Below, piece by piece: positions 1 through 9,572 of a DNA stretch of 24,202 nucleotides (the stretch's first letter is position 1; each line of letters opens with the position of its first letter). A model generated the notes under the pieces. It did no database searches and had not been told where the DNA came from. It was given only the letters and a program-made list of their open reading frames with translations. A program made the position numbers and the translations under genes. This stretch comes from a virus. Lineage: Duplodnaviria > Caudoviricetes. The stretch spans positions 1 to 24,202 of the IMG/VR virus record IMGVR_UViG_3300044657_000462; one strand, 5' to 3'.

Positions 1-2
1 CG

Positions 3-1454
3 ACGGTATATCCTGATTGGGATACAGCGCCAGACGCCACGTCTCAATATGACATCAAGGCGTTCAAGGAAGCTGCGGTTGGGGAGTATATCAACGCGCT
101 GAACGGTTTTGGTCGTGCGCGTATCACAGAGTTCGTCAGCAATACTGTCGTCAAGGCGTATGTTGAGGTTCCGTTTTTCGACACTGACGATATCGTTAGC
201 GGCGACTGGGAATCAGAACATGGCTACGAAAATGCGTGGAGTGCGACACGCGGTTGGCCGCGTAGCGTTACGTTCCACGAAGGACGCCTTTTCTTCGGTG
301 GTGCGAAAAGCCTGCCATCTACAATCTGGGGTTCGCGTGTCGGCGATTTCTTCAACTTTGATCCGGGTGAGTCGCTGGACGACAGTTCAGTAGAAGCCAC
401 GCTTGATACCGGCACGTTCAATGCGATTGTTGACATATATTCGGGCCGTCACCTTCAGGTGTTCACAAGCGGCGGCGAGTTCTATGTGCCGCAGTCATTG
501 GATGAGCCAATCACACCGTCCAACCTGATCGTGAAGCAGCAGACCGCATTTGGCATGAAACCCGGTTTGCGCGTACAGAACATCGACGGTGCGTCATTGT
601 TCGTACAGCGTCAGGGCAAAGCACTTCAGGAGTTCATCTTTAGCGATACGGTGCAAGCCTACACGTCTGCAAAGATATCTTTGCTGTCGTCGCATCTTCT
701 CAAGTCGCCAGAGGAGATGGCGGTGCGCGTTGCTACATCTACGGATGAAGGCGACAGGCTTCTGATAGTGAACGGTGATGACGGGTCGTTGACCTGCTAC
801 ACCGTCCTGCGCTCTCAAAATGTGGTCGCCCCGTCTTCGTGGACAACGGATGGCGAGTTCATAAATGTCGGCGTCGATGTCGATGATATTTACGTTGCGG
901 TGAAGCGCACTGTGAATGCCGCGACTGTTTATTATGTGGAGTTATTCGATGATGAAGTTTTGCTCGACTGTGCGAAAACAGGCGGCGCGGCGTCTTCGGT
1001 TACTATGGATCACCTTGAGGCTGCTAGTGTCAAGATTATACGAGATGGCGTTGTGGAGCCTGACCAAACTGTGCCAGCTAGTCCGTTCACTGTTACGTTC
1101 GCTCAAGCAGCTAGTGCTTCGTATCAGGTCGGTCTTAACTTCACGCCTGTAATCAAGACGCTGCCGTTCGAGCCGAAACTGCCTTCTGGCTCGTTAAAGA
1201 GTTTCAAGAAGCGCATATTCGAGGTGAACGCCGAAGTGTTTGAGACACAGGCCATGACGATCAACGGCAAGGAGATTCCGTTCCGTCGTTTGGGTGGTGA
1301 TATCCTTGACGAAGACGTGCCGGAGTTTACGGGCCTGAAGACACTGCACGGCATTCTGGGCTACAGTTACGACGGCCAAATCACGATAGGCCAGAACGTG
1401 CCGTTGAAGATGAACATATTGGGTATTGATTACAAAGTGAGTGCAGGACAATGA
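3..1454 (+). CDS. Tail tubular protein B / nozzle (stabilisation protein), 5'-truncated by the window edge
   Basis: Frame 3 is open from position 3 (TVYPDWDTAP...) through the ORF-track start at 459 to TGA 1454. It contains WSATRGWPRSVTFHEGRLFFGG and TIWGSRVGDFFNF, motifs typical of podovirus nozzle proteins, and lies directly upstream of the ejection genes. Confidence 0.85.
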   Translation, partial: TVYPDWDTAPDATSQYDIKAFKEAAVGEYINALNGFGRARITEFVSNTVVKAYVEVPFFDTDDIVSGDWESEHGYENAWSATRGWPRSVTFHEGRLFFGGAKSLPSTIWGSRVGDFFNFDPGESLDDSSVEATLDTGTFNAIVDIYSGRHLQVFTSGGEFYVPQSLDEPITPSNLIVKQQTAFGMKPGLRVQNIDGASLFVQRQGKALQEFIFSDTVQAYTSAKISLLSSHLLKSPEEMAVRVATSTDEGDRLLIVNGDDGSLTCYTVLRSQNVVAPSSWTTDGEFINVGVDVDDIYVAVKRTVNAATVYYVELFDDEVLLDCAKTGGAASSVTMDHLEAASVKIIRDGVVEPDQTVPASPFTVTFAQAASASYQVGLNFTPVIKTLPFEPKLPSGSLKSFKKRIFEVNAEVFETQAMTINGKEIPFRRLGGDILDEDVPEFTGLKTLHGILGYSYDGQITIGQNVPLKMNILGIDYKVSAGQ

Positions 1455-2065
1455 CTATAGCAGCAGCAGCGCTTGCTCTTGCAGCAATCTCCGCCGTCGG
1501 CACTATCGCTGGCGGTCAGGCACAGGCGAAAATGGCGAACGCGCAAGCTGCCGCTGCTCAGCAGGCGGCGGATGCGCAGGCGATGGCGTCCTTGCGTCAA
1601 GCGACGATGCAGCGGATGCAGACGCGATCTGAAGTGCTGAAGTATCGTGAAGAAGGCGCGAACACCTTAGAGAGGGTTTTGGCTAATATGGCGACTGTAA
1701 ACGCTAGGGCGTCGGCGGGCAGCATAGACCCGTTCAGCGGCAGTGCAGGCGCTTTGCAAATGTATGCACTCTCCAAAGGCTCGGAAGAATTTGGCAACAC
1801 AGCGGACAGCGCAATTATCACGCAAAGGTCCGGCGAGATTCAGGCCGGTGTGTTTGAAGAAGAAGCACAACTTACACTTGATCGCGGAGCGTCCCAATCA
1901 GCGTTGCTGCGCTATCAGGGTAAGGTGGCGAAGACGCAATCTTACTTCAAGGCAGCGACTACGATGGCATCGGCTGGGATGAGTTACGCTCAGGCTGGCA
2001 GTGCGCCTGCCGGAGATACGTCTGGTGTCTCTCAGATGGGCGGGACGTGGCAGGGGAATTTCTAA
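1451..2065 (+). CDS. Internal virion/ejection protein (T7 gp14-like position)
   Basis: 204 aa with a hydrophobic Ala/Gly-rich N-terminus, Gln/Ala-rich helices and an ARASAGSIDPFSGSA motif. ATGA overlap with the nozzle gene; synteny supports the call. Confidence 0.7.
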   Translation: MTIAAAALALAAISAVGTIAGGQAQAKMANAQAAAAQQAADAQAMASLRQATMQRMQTRSEVLKYREEGANTLERVLANMATVNARASAGSIDPFSGSAGALQMYALSKGSEEFGNTADSAIITQRSGEIQAGVFEEEAQLTLDRGASQSALLRYQGKVAKTQSYFKAATTMASAGMSYAQAGSAPAGDTSGVSQMGGTWQGNF

Positions 2066-4366
2066 ATGGCTGAACGTCTCCCTAGATACAAAAGCGCGAG
2101 ATCGGCACCTCTAGCCTCTCCGTCTGCTTCCTTCCGTGGCTTAAATTATAGTATGCCGCAAGCGCCCATTCGCGATCCTTTCGCTGGTGTTACTCAAGCG
2201 TTAGATAAAATGTCTAACTTCGCATTCGAGCGCCTGTCCGAACAGCGCAAACTCGAATGGGAAGAAGCAGGTCTCACGGCTCCTGAGTCTGTGATCGAAC
2301 AGCTTTCCGGCAAGAAAACATCTGAGATGACAAGGGCGGAGCGATCCGGCTGGGACAAGGCATCTATCGTCATGTCTGACCGCGTTGAGATTCAGGCGCG
2401 TAAGAAAATTGGCGAAATTTCTCTTGAGGGGCAGGCGAACAACCTAGCGCCGGAAGAAATAGCGGCAAACATAGATGACGCTGTTCTGGGCTTTGCGTCA
2501 TCACTGGAGGGTATTTCGCCTGACCGCGCTTTGAAGGTTCAGAGCAACCTGACCAGACTGCGTGAGTCTGAATACCTAAAGGCCAGTGCTAGATATCTGA
2601 AGCAGCAAGAAGCGGAAGACCGGGCGCTTGGTCTTGAGGGCATTGATGTTATAAGCAGGAACGTCAAGGAAAGGGCTAGGGTCGGCGTAGAGAGCCAAGA
2701 CTTCGATCTTGAAGACGAAATAGCCAATCTCAGGACGTATATGGAGCATCACAGGTTTACGCCTGGTGAGATAGCTAGAACAGAAATTGATGTTCGCAAA
2801 GACTCTAATCGCGAGCGTGTTCGCGGTGGCTTTTACAACAACGAAAGCCTGATCGAACGTAAGAAATTTTTACAGCGTTTCGGGGAGGCAATTGAATCCG
2901 GGAAAGTAACTTCCTACGGACTCGATGTTGATGACCTCAGAACGCTAGAACGTGAGTTCAGAAGCGATATAAGCGCAGATATCGCCGCCCTCAAGCCGCG
3001 TCTTGATGCTTTGAAAGATCGCGTTGAAAGAGAAGTCTCGGATGTCGTTCAAGATGGCGCATCTCCATTACCCGCCGTCATTGCTGACGCCCGTAAAGAA
3101 GTAGCTGAATTGAAGGCTCTTGGCGTTGACACGACCTCTATTGAAGAAGAAATTGCGAACGCATCTACAGATGCGGCGATTGCCAAATCCTTCCAAACAG
3201 CGACACTTTCAGAACTTGAAGCTGCTGAAGGGCAATTTATCGCGGCAGAAAGAGAGCAAGGTGGCCTGACTGGGCGTCAGGCAAATATGCAGGATATGCT
3301 TCGCAAAAGAATTGCCAAGCAGAAAGCCGCTTTGAAACGAGATTCTGTCGAATGGGGAAAGCGCACTGGAGTTATTACGCCCGGTAATTTCTTTATTGAT
3401 TCACTGGGTAAGGACTCAGGCGCGATACAGGAGATGGCGTCTAAAAGGCTGGAAGAAGCGCAGGCTTTCGCCATGCGCCATAAAACTGATCTCGTCGTTT
3501 TCTCTGATGTAGAGGCAGATACCCTAACTCAGCAGCTTTCTGAAGCGACAAATCCTGAGCGGATAAAAATCTTAGGGCTTGTCAACCGTTCTTTCGGCGC
3601 GTCTTCGTATGAAGTTTTCAAGCAGATAAGCAAGAAACAGCCTGAGTACGCTCATGTCGGCGGATTGATTGGAGCGGGCGCTGCGCCGAAAACAATCAAT
3701 GATGCTATGGTCGGTATCCGCCTGATGCAGGAAGACGCCGATGTGTCTACTAGGACTCAAAGCGAAGATTTCAAAGCGGCTATAGAAGCCCAATTGTCGT
3801 CATTCAACCTGTCGCCAATTGCGAAGAAAGGCATCATGGATGTCGCAAAGGCTATTTACGTCGGACGGCAAGGGCCATTGGATATCGCTGACAGCGATAG
3901 GATTGTAGACGCAATCCAAGACGCGGCTGGGCGCATTCAGGGAAGCGACGGTAAGTTTTATGGCGGGATAGACAGTTATGAAGGGGTAAATGTTTCTATT
4001 CCGACTACTATCGAAACAGGAACGCTGAACGATATTATTGATAAGGTGAGTCCTGCCGCATTTATGGATGCGCGGGTCGGCGGTCTGCCGCGTGATCCAA
4101 ACGGCAATCCTCTCAACATAGAGGAGATTCGAGATCGCGGCCAACTGCGTTTGCAGCAAACGACAGAGCCGAATATGGTTTCAGTCCGTTTTGAAGCAAA
4201 CGGGGCTATATACACCGCGACGAACGAAGCTGGCGGCACATTCGTCATAAACCTTGAAGATGTTTATCGGCGGTCCCTGCCTGTACCGGATATCTTTAGC
4301 TTCCCGAATGAAGATACCAGAAGCGCAGTGGAGAAACGCCGCGCCCAGCGCAGGGAACGCAGATAA
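2066..4366 (+). CDS. Large internal virion/ejection protein
   Basis: 766 aa, charged and helical-looking, no Cys. Abuts the previous gene (TAA-ATG) and sits in the ejection-protein block. Confidence 0.7.
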   Translation: MAERLPRYKSARSAPLASPSASFRGLNYSMPQAPIRDPFAGVTQALDKMSNFAFERLSEQRKLEWEEAGLTAPESVIEQLSGKKTSEMTRAERSGWDKASIVMSDRVEIQARKKIGEISLEGQANNLAPEEIAANIDDAVLGFASSLEGISPDRALKVQSNLTRLRESEYLKASARYLKQQEAEDRALGLEGIDVISRNVKERARVGVESQDFDLEDEIANLRTYMEHHRFTPGEIARTEIDVRKDSNRERVRGGFYNNESLIERKKFLQRFGEAIESGKVTSYGLDVDDLRTLEREFRSDISADIAALKPRLDALKDRVEREVSDVVQDGASPLPAVIADARKEVAELKALGVDTTSIEEEIANASTDAAIAKSFQTATLSELEAAEGQFIAAEREQGGLTGRQANMQDMLRKRIAKQKAALKRDSVEWGKRTGVITPGNFFIDSLGKDSGAIQEMASKRLEEAQAFAMRHKTDLVVFSDVEADTLTQQLSEATNPERIKILGLVNRSFGASSYEVFKQISKKQPEYAHVGGLIGAGAAPKTINDAMVGIRLMQEDADVSTRTQSEDFKAAIEAQLSSFNLSPIAKKGIMDVAKAIYVGRQGPLDIADSDRIVDAIQDAAGRIQGSDGKFYGGIDSYEGVNVSIPTTIETGTLNDIIDKVSPAAFMDARVGGLPRDPNGNPLNIEEIRDRGQLRLQQTTEPNMVSVRFEANGAIYTATNEAGGTFVINLEDVYRRSLPVPDIFSFPNEDTRSAVEKRRAQRRERR

Positions 4367-5568
4367 TGTCGTTCTGGTTTGATAAGGCAGAAGCGCCGGA
4401 TGTCGCTCCGGCGCAACCAGCGCCTTATCACGGGATTGATATAGGCTTTTTCGAAGGCGTCGAGGCTTCTTACAGAACGACACGTCGCGCGGAAAATTCC
4501 GACGCTTATGACGTTCTGCTGGACGAAAAATTTCAACCCATAATCGACACGATTTCTGAGCGCACTGGCGCGAAGTTCATCAATCCTGGCAGCTTCATGG
4601 GCGCGTCTTCTTCTATGGGGCACATGGAAAGAAGACGCCAAGCCGAAATACAAAGAATTATGGGCGAGATAAAATCCAAGCCCGATGTCTATCCTGAGTA
4701 TCAGGATTTGACGATGGAACAGATTAACGAAGAGATAAAACAGACTGCGTTAGAAGAACTGAAGCGCGGCGAGAATATATCGCAGCGCACAACGACGATG
4801 GGTGAAATTGGCGCTTTCATAGGAACAATCGGCGGCAGCGTCGTAGATCAAAATTTCTTTGAAACTACGATTATGACAGCGCCCGCTCAATTCGCTTCAT
4901 TTGGTAAGAACCTTCTCCAACGCATCTTCTATAACAGTGCTATCTCCGCTGGGCAGGAAGCTATTCTCCAGCCGAAGGTCAAGCAGTGGTACGAATCCCT
5001 CGGCATAGATTACGGATGGGATGACGCTTTTACGCAAATCGCAGCGGCTGGTGCCTTCGGCGGGGCGTTACCTGTAGCTGGCAAAACATTCAGTCTGACG
5101 ACGGAGCAGATACGCAAAGGCGTCAAGGCTTATCAAGATTCGAACTTGATAAGCAAGCAGGACGGCGAATTGATAAAGGCCATTGCGGATGACGCTGATG
5201 TCATCGCGACTCGGCCAGACCCCGGCGTCTCTAGCGTAGACCATCTGGTTAAAGTCGAAGAAGCTATGGGCGATATCCAAGCGGGCCGGTTGCCCGGTTT
5301 GGACGAACCGGAGAACGCGCGGGTTTCCACGCCTACTGTTTTGACGCCAGAGGAGGAGGCCGTCGGGGCGCAACCGAAGATCGACCCGAATACCGGCATA
5401 GAGATGGAAGAATTGTCCGTTCTGCAAGAACGCTTTGAGGCGCTGCCGGACGATGCAATCATAGACGAAACGGTCGAAGGTGTGGAAGTTACCGCTGGCC
5501 CACTAAAAGCAGCATTGCGCCAAGACGACGCGATGATGGAACGCCTGAGAGGATGCGTAATTAGATGA
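4366..5568 (+). CDS. Internal virion/ejection protein with Gly/Ala-rich hydrophobic segments
   Basis: 400 aa; TAATG overlap; hydrophobic segments GEIGAFIGTIGG and IAAAGAFGGALPVAG; acidic C-terminal third. Confidence 0.7.
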   Translation: MSFWFDKAEAPDVAPAQPAPYHGIDIGFFEGVEASYRTTRRAENSDAYDVLLDEKFQPIIDTISERTGAKFINPGSFMGASSSMGHMERRRQAEIQRIMGEIKSKPDVYPEYQDLTMEQINEEIKQTALEELKRGENISQRTTTMGEIGAFIGTIGGSVVDQNFFETTIMTAPAQFASFGKNLLQRIFYNSAISAGQEAILQPKVKQWYESLGIDYGWDDAFTQIAAAGAFGGALPVAGKTFSLTTEQIRKGVKAYQDSNLISKQDGELIKAIADDADVIATRPDPGVSSVDHLVKVEEAMGDIQAGRLPGLDEPENARVSTPTVLTPEEEAVGAQPKIDPNTGIEMEELSVLQERFEALPDDAIIDETVEGVEVTAGPLKAALRQDDAMMERLRGCVIR

Positions 5569-8066
5569 GTTTCAAAGATTGCATTGATGAGGCTTTGAAC
5601 GAAGGCACTATCACGCAAGAACAGGCGGATGAGATGCGCCGCCGTTACGATGGTGCGTTTGCTGAGAACGCGCGCACTATGTCGTCCGACGAGGCTGCCG
5701 CACAAGCGAGCCGTGATGCGTTTGATTCTACGGAATATGAACTTGTGCTTCGCAAGCGCCGTCTTATCAAGCAGCATGACGCACAGAACGCACGTCTTCA
5801 GGAGGTTCTGGATATTGATGGCAAATATGTTGGCGAAGGTGTCAGCCATATTCTTGATCGTGACGGTAGTGGCCGTTACAAGCATCGCGATCTGGACAGC
5901 AGGCGCACTTCTTATGTTTCTCGCGCTCATGCGCGTATGGCTGGCGCAATTTCCAAGATGCGCCGCACGGGTATTTTGGGGCGCCAACGCCGTGGCGCGG
6001 AGGCATTGAATAACGATCTCGTCAAAGAGATATTCAATGTAGATAGTGGCAACGCGACTGCCAAGAATTTCGCGAAGGCTTGGGTCGAAACCGCAGAGAT
6101 GCTGCGCCAAGCCTTCAACAAAGCAGGTGGCGCGATTCCTAAACGCTCCGACTGGGGTATGCCGCAACAGCATGATAGGCGCTTGATCCGCGAAGCGGGG
6201 TTTGAAGAATGGCGTTCGTACATTCACGACCAACTTGACTGGGCGCGGATAATCAGCGAACGCACCGGGCGTATCATTCCTAAAGAACAACGTGAAGAAG
6301 TTTTGCAGGAGATATATGAAACGATTCTCACCAGCGGCATGAACAAGGTCAAGGAAACCAGTGTCGCAGGTAAGGGCCGCTCTCTCGCCCGTCGCCGTGC
6401 AGATCATCGTTTCCTCGTGTTCAAGAATCCAGAAGCGTGGCTGGCGTATCAGCAAAAATATGGTCAGGGCGATCCGTTCACGATTATGATGAACCATATC
6501 GAAACCATGTCGCGAGACATTGCCCTGCTTGAGACGCTTGGGCCTAACCCGAACAGCACGATATCGTTTCTGAAGACACAACTTCAGAAAAGAGCGGCTG
6601 AAGCTGACCTAAGCGATCCGAAGGGAAAGAATAACTCGCGTCTCAATAGGGAGATCAAGTCACTAGACGAGATATACGGCGATGTTTCTGGTTCTTCGTA
6701 TATCCCGGTGAACGAAACGATGGCGAAAGGGTTCGCCAGCTTGGGAGAATTGCTGGTTTCTGCCCAACTCGGAGCCGCTGCTATATCTGCGATATTCGGC
6801 GACGCGGCAACGACGCGCATCACGAAGCGCGTTGCCGGTATGCCCCACGCTGGCGTTATGACAAAGACCTTAAACACATTACTAGCCAGCAACCCGACGA
6901 AACAGGAACTTATCCGTGCCGGTCTCATCGCGGAGAACTGGTCGTCTGTTGCGTTTGGTCAGGCACGGTACATGGGCGACCTTATGGGCGCAGTAAGTAC
7001 GCAGCGCATCTCTAATTTCGTCATGAACGTCAGCGGTCTATCCCCAATTACCCAGGCAGAAAGATGGGCTTTCGGTCAATCCACGATGGGCTTCTTCTCC
7101 GATCAAGCCGCGAAGACGTTCGACCAACTTGACCCAAATGTGCAGCGTCTTCTCAAGACGTATGATATTGAGGCAGACGATTGGAATGCAATCCGCAAGA
7201 CGAAGAAGTACACATACAAGCGTGGCGAATGGTTGCGCCCGACTGACGTTTTCGAAGCTAACGAACTGGCAGGTCAGAAATATCTCGACCTGATACAGAT
7301 GGAAACGGATCGTGCTGTTCCTGTTTCCGGCCCGAGAGCAAGGGCAGCGGCACTTGGTAAAGAACCGCCCGGAACCATACGCGGTGATCTTTGGCGCAGT
7401 ATCGCCCAATACAAGACGTTTCCTATTGTCCTGTTCCAGAACAATCTAAAGCAGTTCCGGTATCTCGAAACCAGCAAGATGAGCCGCATCGGATATGCAA
7501 CAGAGTTCTTCATTCACGCTACTGTGATGGGCGGCATCGCGTTGCAGATTAGAGAAGTTCTGAAAGGTCGCGATCCGATGGCGATGTTTGGCGAGGATGG
7601 CGAGCCTAACTTGGCGTTCTGGGGTAAGGCAGCGTTGGCAGGCGGCAGTCTGTCGCTATTCGGTGACTTCCTGTTTGCTGACCATAATCGCTTCGGCCAC
7701 TCCCTTGGTGAGACAATCGCCGGTCCTCGCGTCAGCTTCTTAGGTGACCTTGCCCGCCTAACGGTCGGTAATGTCGAAGAAGTTATAGAGGGCAAGGACA
7801 CTAAATTTGGTTTGGAGGCGCTGAACTTCTTGGGCCGGTATGGGCCGGGTATGTCTATCTCGTACCTGCGTCTGGGGCTTGAGCGCCTCGTGCTTGATAA
7901 TCTACGCATGATGGTTGACCCCGACTATGAGCGCAGATTCCGCAGAAAAGTAAGGGACTTGGAGCGCAGAACGGGTCAGGATATGTGGTGGAAACCAGGC
8001 GAACAGCTTCCGAGTCGCGCTCCTGACTTGGAGGCTATCGCCCGCGACCTACCAAATAGAAACTAG
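5565..8066 (+). CDS. Large internal virion/DNA-ejection protein (BPP-1/epsilon15-like type)
   Basis: 833 aa; ATGA overlap; motifs FNKAGGAIPKRSDWGMPQQHD, HRFLVFKNPEAWLAYQQKYG and a C-terminal WWKPGEQLPSRAPDL, which I recognise from this class of podovirus inner-core proteins. Confidence 0.75.
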   Translation: MSFKDCIDEALNEGTITQEQADEMRRRYDGAFAENARTMSSDEAAAQASRDAFDSTEYELVLRKRRLIKQHDAQNARLQEVLDIDGKYVGEGVSHILDRDGSGRYKHRDLDSRRTSYVSRAHARMAGAISKMRRTGILGRQRRGAEALNNDLVKEIFNVDSGNATAKNFAKAWVETAEMLRQAFNKAGGAIPKRSDWGMPQQHDRRLIREAGFEEWRSYIHDQLDWARIISERTGRIIPKEQREEVLQEIYETILTSGMNKVKETSVAGKGRSLARRRADHRFLVFKNPEAWLAYQQKYGQGDPFTIMMNHIETMSRDIALLETLGPNPNSTISFLKTQLQKRAAEADLSDPKGKNNSRLNREIKSLDEIYGDVSGSSYIPVNETMAKGFASLGELLVSAQLGAAAISAIFGDAATTRITKRVAGMPHAGVMTKTLNTLLASNPTKQELIRAGLIAENWSSVAFGQARYMGDLMGAVSTQRISNFVMNVSGLSPITQAERWAFGQSTMGFFSDQAAKTFDQLDPNVQRLLKTYDIEADDWNAIRKTKKYTYKRGEWLRPTDVFEANELAGQKYLDLIQMETDRAVPVSGPRARAAALGKEPPGTIRGDLWRSIAQYKTFPIVLFQNNLKQFRYLETSKMSRIGYATEFFIHATVMGGIALQIREVLKGRDPMAMFGEDGEPNLAFWGKAALAGGSLSLFGDFLFADHNRFGHSLGETIAGPRVSFLGDLARLTVGNVEEVIEGKDTKFGLEALNFLGRYGPGMSISYLRLGLERLVLDNLRMMVDPDYERRFRRKVRDLERRTGQDMWWKPGEQLPSRAPDLEAIARDLPNRN

Positions 8067-8085
8067 ATTAGAACCACTCTATAAT
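8057..8085 (+). promoter_or_regulatory. Putative sigma70-type promoter upstream of the tail fibre genes
   Basis: TAGAAA (8057-8062, 4/6 match to TTGACA), 17-nt spacer, perfect TATAAT (8080-8085), at the only sizeable gap (48 nt) in the structural block. Confidence 0.45.
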
Positions 8086-8114
8086 GTACCATCCAACTCA
8101 AACAGGATTGACAA

Positions 8115-9572
8115 ATGGCCGACTATAGTATCAACGCAGTGACGCGTCGCGTCGTCTACACTGGCTCCGCTGGTACGGGGCCTTATGCTTTCTCGTTCGA
8201 AGTTCTCGTGGAAGGCGATATTGCCGTCTACTTCAACGCGGCGATCCTAACGCTGACGACCGATTACACGGTAACGATCAACGCGAACGGCACGGGCAGC
8301 GTAACGATTGTGACGGGTACGAACGTGCCGTCCACGCCGACTGCCAGCGACCAGATCACCATCGTCGGATCGCGCGACATCGAACGCACGACAGACTTCG
8401 TGACGGCTGGCGACTTCCGCGCATCGGCGATCAACGAACAGCTTGATAGCCAGATCATTATGATCCAGCAGATCGCGGAAGAAAACCAGCGCGGTATGCG
8501 AGCGCCAACCTACGACCCGGCGCTTGTCGCTGATGGTGGCGTCGTTGACATGACGCTGCCGACGAAGGCGTCGCGGGCTGGCAAGACGCTGGCGTTCGAC
8601 TCCAACGGCAACCCGGTGGTGGGCGAGGACATCGGCAACTGGCGCGGCGATTGGGCAGCAGCGACGGCTTATTCTGTCCGCGACCTGGTGAAAGACGCGA
8701 GCAACTACAACGTCTATCGGTGCAACACGGCGCATACGGCCAGCGGAACGACGCCGATCAGCGGCAATGCTGATGCTGCGAAGTGGGACTTGGTAGTCGA
8801 TGCGGCTTATGCGGCGACACAGGCCAGCAACGCTGCGTCGTCGGCGTCGGCAGCGGCAACGTCAGAGAGCAACGCGGCGTCCAGCGCAAGCGCGGCGTCC
8901 ACGTCGGCTAGTAATGCTGCGACCAGCGAGTCAAACGCATCGACCTCTGCGAGCAATGCAGCGACAAGTGAGTCAAATGCTGCTTCGTCTGCCAGCAGCG
9001 CCTCGACCAGCGCGTCAAACGCGGCGACTTCTGCGTCCGAGGCGGCAGCATCCGCTGCCCTGATCTCGCTGCCTCTCGCCGTATCAAGCGGCGGCACTGG
9101 CAGCACTACCGCGTCTGGCGCTAGGACTGCCATCGGTTCCGGCGCTGTCGGTGACGCCGTGTTCGTAGCTGCTACAGCAGCGGCGGCGCAGCAGGCGATG
9201 AATACAGAGGTCGGTGTGGACGTACAGGCGTTTGACGCTGACAACGCTGTCACCGATGCGGCACAGACGTTCACCGTCAGCCAGCGCGGCACACAGACAA
9301 CTGACGATGACCTCAGTTTTGACCTCGATGCAACAAACAACTTCAAATGCACACCCAGCGGCACCGGCACCCTGACGTTCACGAACCACACGGCTGGGCA
9401 GTCAGGCAACATCCTGCTGGACAACAGCGGCGGTCATGCAATCTCTCTGGCGGCTACGACCAAGGGTGACGCCAACTTGGCTACGACGATCAGCGTGGCT
9501 GGCACCTATTGGCTTAGCTACTACGACGACGGCACGAACGCATATGTCGTCACCAGTGCGGTGTTTGCTTAA
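8115..9572 (+). CDS. Tail fibre protein with T7-like N-terminal anchor domain
   Basis: 485 aa. N-terminus YTGSAGTGPYAFSF...LTLTTDYTV...DFRASAINEQLD matches the T7 tail-fibre anchor pattern, followed by a WRGDWAAATAYSVRDLV module, Ala/Ser heptad repeats and PLAVSSGGTG. AGGA RBS at 8104-8107. Confidence 0.85.
   Translation: MADYSINAVTRRVVYTGSAGTGPYAFSFEVLVEGDIAVYFNAAILTLTTDYTVTINANGTGSVTIVTGTNVPSTPTASDQITIVGSRDIERTTDFVTAGDFRASAINEQLDSQIIMIQQIAEENQRGMRAPTYDPALVADGGVVDMTLPTKASRAGKTLAFDSNGNPVVGEDIGNWRGDWAAATAYSVRDLVKDASNYNVYRCNTAHTASGTTPISGNADAAKWDLVVDAAYAATQASNAASSASAAATSESNAASSASAASTSASNAATSESNASTSASNAATSESNAASSASSASTSASNAATSASEAAASAALISLPLAVSSGGTGSTTASGARTAIGSGAVGDAVFVAATAAAAQQAMNTEVGVDVQAFDADNAVTDAAQTFTVSQRGTQTTDDDLSFDLDATNNFKCTPSGTGTLTFTNHTAGQSGNILLDNSGGHAISLAATTKGDANLATTISVAGTYWLSYYDDGTNAYVVTSAVFA
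8823..9059 (+). repeat. Coding heptad repeats (SASNAAT/SESNAAS) in the tail fibre shaft
   Basis: About 11 degenerate 7-residue Ala/Ser/Thr/Asn units are visible in the translation; codons differ between copies. Confidence 0.8.

Noticed and set aside
5133-6581. 482-aa minus-strand ORF
   Set aside because: Antisense shadow of two well-supported structural genes, with no recognisable motif.
8807-9424. 205-aa minus-strand ORF with Ala/Leu/Asp periodicity
   Set aside because: Mirror of the tail-fibre heptad repeats.
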